From assembly GCA_016699635.1 (NCBI GenBank), contig CP064983.1, forward strand, positions 2,267,331-2,331,330: a DNA stretch of 64,000 bases. Reading direction: 5' to 3'. Shown one piece after another: positions 55,921-64,000 of the stretch. The notes under the pieces are model-generated. The model worked only from the letters and a program-made list of their open reading frames with translations, made no database searches and had not been told where the DNA came from. The translations under genes and the position numbers were made by a program. Each line of letters opens with the position of its first letter. The stretch's first letter is position 1. This DNA is from Bacteroidota bacterium. Its GTDB lineage: Bacteria > Bacteroidota > Bacteroidia > AKYH767-A > OLB10.

Positions 55921-58900
55921 ATGGCAGCAAAACGCGATAATAAAATAAAAAGTAATTTTTCACGCATCATCATCAGCTTACCTTCACCGGAACACATTCT
56001 GGAGCAGTCAAGCGGTGAAGTGCTGAAACCAGAAACAATTAACTACCGCACGTATAAACCAGAGCGTGATGGTTTGTTTTGCGAACGCATTTTCGGTCCT
56101 GTAAAAGACTGGGAATGTCATTGCGGCAAGTACAAGCGTATCCGTTATAAAGGAATTGTTTGTGACCGTTGCGGTGTAGAAGTAACAGAAAAGAAAGTTA
56201 GACGTGAGCGCATGGGACACATACAGTTAGTTGTTCCTGTTGCACACATCTGGTATTTCCGTTCTTTACCTAATAAAATCGGTTATCTATTAGGATTACC
56301 TACAAAGAAATTAGATCTGATTATTTACTACGAACGTTATGTAGTAATTCAGGCAGGTATAAAAGCACAGGATGGTGTAAACTATCTTGACTTCCTCACC
56401 GAAGAAGAGTACCTGAATATTCTTGACAACCTTCCAAAAGAAAATCAGCATCTTGACGATACTGATCCGAATAAATTTATTGCAAGAATGGGAGCAGATG
56501 CTTTGTATGACCTGCTTTCACGCCTCGACCTTGATGAGTTATCCTATAAACTACGTCATCAGGCAAGCAATGAAACTTCGCAGCAACGTAAGAACGAAGC
56601 ATTAAAGAGACTCAACGTAGTTGAAGCTTTCCGTAATGCGAATCAGAATATTGAAAACCGTCCTGAGTGGATGATAGTAAAAGTTGTTCCTGTTATTCCA
56701 CCGGAACTTCGTCCATTGGTTCCATTGGATGGCGGACGTTTTGCAACATCCGATCTGAATGACCTTTACAGACGTGTAATTATTCGTAACAACCGTTTGA
56801 AGCGATTGCTTGAAATCAAAGCTCCTGATGTGATTTTGCGTAATGAAAAGCGTATGTTGCAGGAAGCAGTAGATTCTCTTTTCGATAATTCACGCAAAGT
56901 GAATGCCGTTAAAACTGAATCAAACCGTGCATTAAAATCACTTTCAGATTCATTAAAAGGTAAACAAGGACGTTTCCGTCAGAACCTTCTTGGTAAACGT
57001 GTTGATTATTCTGCACGTTCGGTAATTGTTGTTGGTCCTGAAATGAAATTGCATGAGTGCGGATTACCGAAAGATATGGCAGCAGAATTATTCAAGCCAT
57101 TTATTATCCGTAAACTTATTGAAAGAGGAATTGTAAAGACAGTTAAGTCTGCTAAGAAAATTGTAGATCGTAAAGATGCTATAGTTTGGGATATTCTTGA
57201 AAACGTATTAAAAGGACATCCTGTATTACTTAACCGCGCCCTACACTTCACCGTCTCGGTATTCAGGCATTCCAGCCAAAACTTATCGAAGGAAAAGCAA
57301 TTCAGTTACATCCATTGGTGTGTACAGCATTCAACGCGGATTTTGACGGTGACCAGATGGCTGTTCACGTTCCTTTGGGAAATGCTGCCATTTTGGAAGC
57401 TCAGTTGTTGATGCTTGCACCCCATAATATTCTTAACCCTGCCAATGGTGCGCCTATTGCAGTGCCTTCTCAGGACATGGTTCTTGGCTTGTATTACATG
57501 ACTAAGGGTAAGAAATCAACAGATAAAGAAAAAGTAAAAGGAGAAGGTTCTGTTTTCTATTCTCCTGAAGAGGTTACCATTGCGTTCAATGAAGGCCGTG
57601 TTGATTTACATGCATACATAAGAGTAAAAACATTCATCAAAGAAAATGATGAAATTGTAAAACGAGTGATAGAAACCACTGTTGGACGTATATTGTTCAA
57701 CGAAGTGGTTCCACGTCAGGCAGGATATATTAACGATGTACTTACAAAAAAGGCATTGCGTGATATCATCAGCCAGGTATTGAAGACCTGTGGAATTGCG
57801 CAGACAGCACGTTTCCTTGATGATATAAAAGATCTTGGATTTAAGATGGCATTTAAAGGTGGTCTTTCTTTCAACCTTAACGATGTATTGATTCCTGGTG
57901 CAAAAGCTGAATTGGTTACTAAAGCACAGTCAGAAGTAGAAGAGGTTCGTAACAGCTACAACATGGGATTCATTACCAATAACGAGCGTTACAATCAGAT
58001 TATTGATATCTGGACACGTACCAATACACGTATTACAGAAACGTTGATGAAGCAATTAATTGCTGATAAACAAGGTTTCAACGCAGTGTATATGATGCTT
58101 GATTCCGGTGCGCGTGGTTCTAAAGAGCAGATTCGTCAGTTAGGCGGAATGAGGGGATTGATGGCAAAGCCGCAAAAGTCAGGTGCATCAGGTGGTGAGA
58201 TTATCGAGAATCCGATTCTTTCAAACTTTAAAGAAGGATTATCAATTCTTGAATACTTTATCTCAACACACGGTGCGCGTAAAGGTCTTGCCGATACAGC
58301 GTTAAAGACTGCCGATGCAGGTTATCTGACCAGAAGGCTTGTTGACGTAGCACAAGATGTTATCATCACAGAACCTGATTGCGGAACATTACGTGGTCTT
58401 TCTGAAACAGCATTGAAAAATCAGGAAGAAGTTGTTGAGACATTATATGACAGAATTCTTGGACGTGTATCGTGTCACGATATCTATCACCCATTAACCG
58501 GTGAATTGGTTGTTCGTGCAGGTGATGAAATAAAAGAGGACGTTGCAACACAAATAGAAGAATCACCATTAGAATCCGTAGAAATCAGATCAGTATTGAC
58601 CTGCGAATCGAAACAAGGTGTATGTGCTAAATGCTATGGCAGAAACTTAGCTACAGGACGTATGGTTCAGAAAGGTGAGGCTGTTGGTGTTATTGCAGCA
58701 CAGTCTATTGGTGAACCGGGTACACAGCTTACACTTCGTACTTTCCACGTGGGTGGTGTTGCACAAAAAGGTGCATCAGAGTCACGACATGAGGCGAAGT
58801 TTGGTGGTGTTATCGAACTTGAAGAAATGCGTACGCTGCCTTATAAAGAAGGCGATAATAAATATGAAGTTGTTGTTGGTCGTTCGGGTGAATTCCGAAT

Positions 58901-60215
58901 TGTTGACCCAACAACTAAAGCAATATTAGCAACGAACAACATTCCTTATGGATCACATCTGTTTGTTAAAAATGGCGACACTTTGAAAAAAGGCGATGTG
59001 ATTTGCGAATGGGATCCATACAATGCGGTAATCATTTGCGAAGCTGATGGTAAAATTGGCTATGAACATCTTGAAGAAGGTGTTACATTCCGTGAAGAGT
59101 CTGATGAGCAAACAGGTTACAAAGAGAAAGTTGTCATTGACAGCCGCGATAAAACAAAGAACCCTGTTATTAAGATTCTTAACGACAAGAAAGAAGTTGT
59201 AAAAGCATATAACATTCCTGTTGGTGCTCACATTGTGGTGAATGAAGGTCAGAAAATTAAGGCAGGAAATGTATTGGTGAAAATTGTTCGTGCAAGTGGT
59301 AAGACTGGTGACATCACCGGTGGTTTGCCACGTGTAACAGAATTGTTTGAAGCAAGAAATCCATCGAATCCTGCTGTAGTAAGTGAGATTGACGGAGTAG
59401 TAGCTTATGGCGGAATTAAACGTGGTAACCGTGAGATTATCATCACATCTAAAGAAGGAGATGTAAAGAAATATCTTGTTCCGTTATCAAAACACATTCT
59501 TGTACAGGACAACGACTTTATCCGTGCAGGTGCTCCATTATCTGATGGTGCAATCAGCCCATCCGACATTCTTGCAATCAAAGGACCATCGCAAGTACAG
59601 GAATACTTAGTAAACGAGGTGCAGGAAGTGTATCGTTTGCAGGGTGTGAAGATTAACGATAAGCACTTTGAAGTTATCGTTCGTCAGATGATGCGTAAGG
59701 TAGTAATTGAAGATGCAGGAGATACACGCTTCCTCGAGAGAGAGTCTGTAAACAAGATTGAGTTTATGGAGGAGAACGATTGGATTATGGATAAGATGGT
59801 GGTAACAGAACCCGGTGATTCAGAATATCGTCCAGGTCAGATTATTACATTACGTAAATTACGTGACGACAACTCAATGCTTAAGCGCAAAGATCAAAAA
59901 GAGATTGAAGCACGTAATGCTATTCCTGCTACATCATCACCATTGTTGCAGGGTATCACTCAGGCATCATTGCATACTAAGAGTTGGATATCGGCAGCAT
60001 CATTCCAGGAAACAACTAAAGTTCTTAATGAAGCAGCAATTAATGGAAAAGTTGATTATCTGAACGGCTTGAAAGAAAACGTTATCGTTGGTCATTTAAT
60101 TCCTGCAGGAACAGGGTTACGTGAATATGAGCGTTTGATTGTTGGCTCACAAGAAGAGTATGACTTGCTTATGGCTTCAAAAGAATCAAGCAGCGAGCAG
60201 CCTATTAATATGTAA
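55921..60215 (+). CDS. rpoC: DNA-directed RNA polymerase beta' subunit, one apparent frameshift near 57240
   Basis: ORFs 55921..57411 and 57315..60215 are collinear. Zinc-binding [20 protein letters not shown] motif. Catalytic [15 protein letters not shown] in the second ORF. Restoring one C in the CCC run at 57239..57241 gives …[41 protein letters not shown]…. Confidence 0.9.
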
Positions 60216-60239
60216 AATTTAGATAGAGCATATTTAAAC

Positions 60240-60280
60240 AAACACCTTTCAGACCCAAGTCTGAAAGGTGTTTTACTTTT
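60240..60280 (+). terminator. Rho-independent terminator after rpoC
   Basis: Perfect 13-bp inverted repeat ACACCTTTCAGAC-ccaa-GTCTGAAAGGTGT followed by TTTTACTTTT. Confidence 0.8.
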
Positions 60281-60420
60281 AACAGGTAGTTAGTTTTTGA
60301 AATTGTATGCTCTAATTTGATTATACAATTTTAAAATGTAATAGATAAAATTTTTATTTTCGTATTTTGTTAACCCAAATGTAAATAACCATTGGTAGGT
60401 TAGTTTTAGAGATTAGAAAA

Positions 60421-61530
60421 ATGCTAAAAAAATTACCTGTTATCCTTGTGTTTATTGACTGGTATAAACCAGCATACAAAGGTGGAGGTATAATTTCCTG
60501 TTGTGATGCATTAGTAGAGCATCTGAAAGACAGATATTGCTTTAAAATAATTACACGAAACGCAGACTTGGGTTCCACCAAACAGCTTGAAGGAATTAAA
60601 AGTGATTGTTGGGTTCAACGTACTGAAAATGTAGAAGTATTTTATCTTTCAAAAGATAAGATTGGTGTTTTCAATATGAAATCATTGATTGAAAGTACGC
60701 CACATGACCTATTATACATTAATGGGGTATTTTCGTTTTATTTTAGTTTATTGCCTTTAATAATCAATAAGTGGCGTAAACTTCAACACCTAACATTGGT
60801 TGCTCCAATGGGGATGTTATGTTTAGGAGCACTTAAATTCAAGAATATTAAAAAGACTCTTTATCTTAAAACAGCTAAGTTGCTTAATTTGTATTCGGAT
60901 ATTTCGTGGCATCTGTCATCAGAATATGAAAAGAATGACCTTGAGAAAGTGTTGGGAAGCGAAGGAGAATTTTATGTTGCTCCCTATTTATTTAATCCGC
61001 CACAAACAGAATATAAAACGGCAAAGAAGGAAAATAATTTGCTGCGAATGGTTTTTATTTCACGGATATCACCCAAAAAAAATCTTTTAGCTTGCTTTCG
61101 TTATTTATCACAAGTTGATTTAAATGTGAAAGTGATTTTTGATGTTTATGGCCCGGTAGAAGATGAATCTTATTGGAATGAATGTTTGAATCAGATGAAT
61201 AAACTTGGAAAAAACATTCAATGTAGCTACCGTGGAGAATTGAAAGCTGAAGAGGTTATAAAAACATTTCAAAGTTATAATGTTTCTATTTTACCAACTT
61301 TCAGCGAAAACTTTGGGCAGGTTATACCGGAATCTTTACTTGCTGCATGTCCTGTAATTATAAGCGATCAAACACCATGGAATAAATTGGAAGAGCATTC
61401 TGCCGGGTGGGTGTTTTCTTTAAAAGAAGAAAATAGGTTTGTGGATATAATATGCACTCTTGCGAAAATGACAAATGAGCAATTTAAGGTTTATTCGGAA
61501 GGAGCTTATCAATATGCAAAAGGCTTTTAG
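60421..61530 (+). CDS. Glycosyltransferase, GT4 (group 1) family
   Basis: C-terminal GT-B nucleotide-sugar-binding half (…FISRISPKKN…YGPVEDESY…, …ESLLAACPVIISDQTPWNKL…). Confidence 0.65.
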   Translation: MLKKLPVILVFIDWYKPAYKGGGIISCCDALVEHLKDRYCFKIITRNADLGSTKQLEGIKSDCWVQRTENVEVFYLSKDKIGVFNMKSLIESTPHDLLYINGVFSFYFSLLPLIINKWRKLQHLTLVAPMGMLCLGALKFKNIKKTLYLKTAKLLNLYSDISWHLSSEYEKNDLEKVLGSEGEFYVAPYLFNPPQTEYKTAKKENNLLRMVFISRISPKKNLLACFRYLSQVDLNVKVIFDVYGPVEDESYWNECLNQMNKLGKNIQCSYRGELKAEEVIKTFQSYNVSILPTFSENFGQVIPESLLAACPVIISDQTPWNKLEEHSAGWVFSLKEENRFVDIICTLAKMTNEQFKVYSEGAYQYAKGF

Positions 61531-61734
61531 ATAGTGAACAATTAGTGTTGGAGTCTGTAAGAATGTTTGATGCTAAGCTGAATCAATAATTGTTTTCTAT
61601 ATTTTATTTTTAATGTATAATGAAATATATGATGACAAATTCATGCGTTAGTTTATCCAGAATGATAGTTGGATTTATTGCTGTTAAAATTCAAGCAAGG
61701 AGGTAACAATATTTTTTATTATTAAATTTGTACA

Positions 61735-62361
61735 ATGGAACTTAAAAAAATATTTGAAAATAATCAGAAATGGATTGATAGGAAACTGGCCACTGATGCG
61801 CAATATTTTGAAAAATTGTGCAAAGGTCAAAGTCCTGAAGTTTTATTTGTAGGTTGTTCTGACAGCAGGGTAACAGCAGAGGAGTTAATGGGATCGCAGC
61901 CCGGTGAAGTATTTGTACATCGCAATGTTTCAAATATGATTATCAGCATTGATTTAAACATGAATGCTGTTGTAGATTATGCTGTGAATTTTTTAAAAGT
62001 GAAACACATCGTAATCTGTGGCCATTATTTTTGTGGAGGAGTAAAGGCTGCTATGCAGGCACAGGATTTAGGCATACTCAATCCATGGCTAAGAAATATT
62101 CGTGATGTATATCGTATTCATAAAATAGAATTGAATAATATTCCTGATGAAAACGATCGTTATAATCGCTTAGTGGAGTTGAATGTTCAGGAACAATGCA
62201 TTAATCTGATTAAAATTGCATCGGTTCAAAAAGCATATAAGCAACGCAATTTGCAAGTACATGGATGGGTGTTCGATATGCAAACCGGCAAATTAATTGA
62301 CCTGAAAATTGATTTACCAAAAGAGTTGAAAGATATTATGGAGATCTATGATTTAGGGTAG
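61735..62361 (+). CDS. Beta-class carbonic anhydrase
   Basis: Zinc-ligand motifs CSDSRV (…VGCSDSRVTAEE…) and HxxCGG (…ICGHYFCGG…). Confidence 0.85.
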   Translation: MELKKIFENNQKWIDRKLATDAQYFEKLCKGQSPEVLFVGCSDSRVTAEELMGSQPGEVFVHRNVSNMIISIDLNMNAVVDYAVNFLKVKHIVICGHYFCGGVKAAMQAQDLGILNPWLRNIRDVYRIHKIELNNIPDENDRYNRLVELNVQEQCINLIKIASVQKAYKQRNLQVHGWVFDMQTGKLIDLKIDLPKELKDIMEIYDLG

Positions 62362-62501
62362 GTAGTTGCCTTAAGAATATCAAACATTCATGGTAAGATT
62401 TCCTCATATTTTAAATTTCTAATTTTCTTAACTGCAGTACATTCAGTAGCCATAAATAGAAAACAGAAAAGCGAACCATTACTGATTCGCTTTATATTAA
62501 G

Positions 62502-62575
62502 TGGTCCCGGAGGGATTCAAACCCCCAACCTTCTGATCCGTAGTCAGATGCTCTATTCAGTTAAGCTACGGAACC
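62502..62575 (-). tRNA. tRNA-Arg (anticodon ACG)
   Basis: Reverse complement reads GGTTCCGTAGCTTAACTGAATAGAGCA-TCTGA-CTACGGA-TCAGA-AGGTTGGGGGTTTGAATCCCTCCGGGACCA. Confidence 0.8.
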
Positions 62576-62626
62576 ATTTTTTTAGTGGCGCAAAGATAAC
62601 CAAATTAGCTTATTACAAAAGAGAAA

Positions 62627-63598
62627 TTATGAATTTCCTTTTGGTGGCTTACCGATTGACTCACGCATAGATGTGTCGGCCTGAATGTTTTCCATTTTGT
62701 AATAGTCCATTATGCCTAATTTACCACTACGAAAAGCTTCTGCCATAGCCATAGGAATTTGTGCTTCGGCTTCAATAACTTTGGCTCTTGCCTCTTGTGC
62801 TTTGGCAATCATTTCCTGTTCTAAAGCTACGGCTGCAGCCCTGCGCTCTTCTGCCATTGCCTGTGCTACCTTTAAGTCTGCAGAAGCCTGTTCCATCTGA
62901 AGTTTTGCTCCAATGTTTTCACCTACATCAATATCGGCAATGTCTATAGATAAAATTTCAAATGCCGTGCCTGCATCAAGACCTTTGTTTAATACAGTTT
63001 TTGAAATCTGATCGGGATTTTCTAATACACTTTTATGGTCATGTGCCGAACCAATAGTAGTTACAATACCTTCGCCAACACGTGCAAGAATGGTTTCCTC
63101 ACCTGCACCACCAACTAACTGATTGATGTTGGTGCGAACGGTAACACGAGCACGTACTACCAATTGAATTCCGTTTTTGCCCACAGCAGAAACAGGAGGG
63201 GTGTCAATAACTCGTGGATTTACAGAAAGCTGAACAGCGTCTGCAACATCGCGACCGGCCAGATCAATTGCTGCTGCCATTTTAAATGATAAGGGAATGT
63301 TTGCTTTATCAGCAGAAATTAGTGCTTTAATAACATTATTTACATTTCCTCCTGCCAGATAGTGTGTTTCTAAATCAGGAATGGTAACACTTAGACCTGC
63401 TTTAGTTGCAGTAATCATAGCATTAACAATTACACTTGGTGGTACTTTTCTGAAACGCATCAGGATTAAGTTCAGGATGCTGACTTTCACACCGGAGAAT
63501 GTTGCAGTTATCCAAAGGTTAACAGGAACAAAATACAAGAACAAAAAGAACAGGATAATACCTGCAACAACCAGAATGAGTAACGGAATACTTGCCAT
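62627..63598 (-). CDS. floA: Flotillin-like protein FloA (SPFH/band-7 family, UPF0365)
   Basis: N-terminal TM hairpin. SPFH domain. C-terminal Ala/Glu-rich coiled coil (…[36 protein letters not shown]…). Sits downstream of an NfeD gene as in Firmicutes yqeZ-floA pairs. Confidence 0.75.
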   Translation of the reverse strand: MASIPLLILVVAGIILFFLFLYFVPVNLWITATFSGVKVSILNLILMRFRKVPPSVIVNAMITATKAGLSVTIPDLETHYLAGGNVNNVIKALISADKANIPLSFKMAAAIDLAGRDVADAVQLSVNPRVIDTPPVSAVGKNGIQLVVRARVTVRTNINQLVGGAGEETILARVGEGIVTTIGSAHDHKSVLENPDQISKTVLNKGLDAGTAFEILSIDIADIDVGENIGAKLQMEQASADLKVAQAMAEERRAAAVALEQEMIAKAQEARAKVIEAEAQIPMAMAEAFRSGKLGIMDYYKMENIQADTSMRESIGKPPKGNS

Positions 63599-63616
63599 TT
63601 TTTTTAATTTTTAAGT

Positions 63617-63973
63617 TTATATTTTTTTTACAATAAGTTTGTTTGCCAATACTTCAATCACTTCAACTGTAGCGTTTGCTTCTATCATTTCGCCAAGTGA
63701 TTGCACCTCTACTTTTTTATTATGAAATACTGCTGTGCCCATAGGTCTCAATGCAGAAAGTGTTTTTCCATGATCTCCGGATTTTATATCCATTTCATCA
63801 ACACGCTCAATTTTAGAATCACTTGATTGTTGCAGGCTGAACCTGCGCCAAACATTGTAACGAAATGCAAGATAAATGGTAGATAGTGTTACAGTAAGTG
63901 TACTTAGTGCAACGATGGTGCCTGCAGTATTTCCCAGTTCATGAAAGGAATACCAGATGCCACCCAAAATCAT
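63617..63973 (-). CDS. NfeD-family membrane protein (C-terminal OB-fold domain). The N-terminus may extend beyond the ORF start or the window.
   Basis: TM segment followed by a beta-rich OB-fold-like tail (…GKTLSALRPMGTAVFHNKKVEVQSLGEMIEANATVEVIEVLANKLIVKKI). Forms an operon with floA. Confidence 0.6.
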   Translation of the reverse strand: MILGGIWYSFHELGNTAGTIVALSTLTVTLSTIYLAFRYNVWRRFSLQQSSDSKIERVDEMDIKSGDHGKTLSALRPMGTAVFHNKKVEVQSLGEMIEANATVEVIEVLANKLIVKKI

Positions 63974-64000
63974 TAATGCACCAATGATACCTGCAATTAA

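Overview
This 64-kb window is an AT-rich chromosomal segment of a Bacteroidota genome, mostly core genes with a few accessory loci. The assignment rests on T9SS C-terminal sorting domains, GEVED and FG-GAP secreted proteins, a TonB-dependent receptor with an N-terminal carboxypeptidase-regulatory-like domain, and the Bacteroidetes-type EF-Tu and RpoB N-termini. The genes, in order, are these. (i) A minus-strand operon 5257..122 with two secreted/outer-membrane proteins, a 7TMR-DISM histidine kinase and a LuxR response regulator. (ii) Two tRNA-Leu genes. (iii) An aromatic amino-acid operon: a DAHP synthase–chorismate mutase fusion, aroB and aroA. (iv) An accessory cluster of secreted proteins: a beta-propeller lipoprotein and two tandem paralogous FG-GAP/VCBS T9SS proteins. 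(v) yajQ, a VOC protein, an XRE/S24 LexA-like repressor, purN, an EVE protein, a TonB-dependent receptor, rfbD and dnaB. (vi) A TPR–PD40–OmpA protein. (vii) An AraC regulator, an O-methyltransferase and a TAT-secreted Gfo/Idh/MocA (GH109-like) oxidoreductase. (viii) An M43 metalloprotease with PKD and T9SS domains. (ix) A partial System-I cytochrome c maturation cluster ccmB-ccmC-ccmD-ccmE with convergent dsbD. (x) A TPR protein and serS. (xi) A ~1430-aa GEVED-domain T9SS protein. (xii) A DUF2461 protein, an MFS transporter and purE. (xiii) The conserved array tRNA-Thr/Tyr/Gly/Thr–tuf–tRNA-Trp–secE–nusG–rplK–rplA–rplJ–rplL–rpoB–rpoC. (xiv) A GT4 glycosyltransferase, a beta-carbonic anhydrase, tRNA-Arg, floA and nfeD. 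I found no transposase, integrase, CRISPR array or recognisable defence or biosynthetic gene cluster. The sequence carries many single-base indels, mostly in homopolymer runs. They split at least 15 genes, including essential rpoB, rpoC, dnaB and serS, and create a compensated double shift in rplL. I therefore treat split ORFs as single genes hit by assembly errors, not as pseudogenes. The observations most worth a second look are the variant CcmE, the tRNA 3'-end fragment repeats, the tandem FG-GAP paralog cluster and the sensor-kinase operon. CcmE carries a CxxxY putative haem-binding motif instead of the canonical HxxxY, and its neighbouring CcmC has a divergent WWD motif. The tRNA 3'-end fragment repeats carry a palindromic insert next to the tuf tRNA array.
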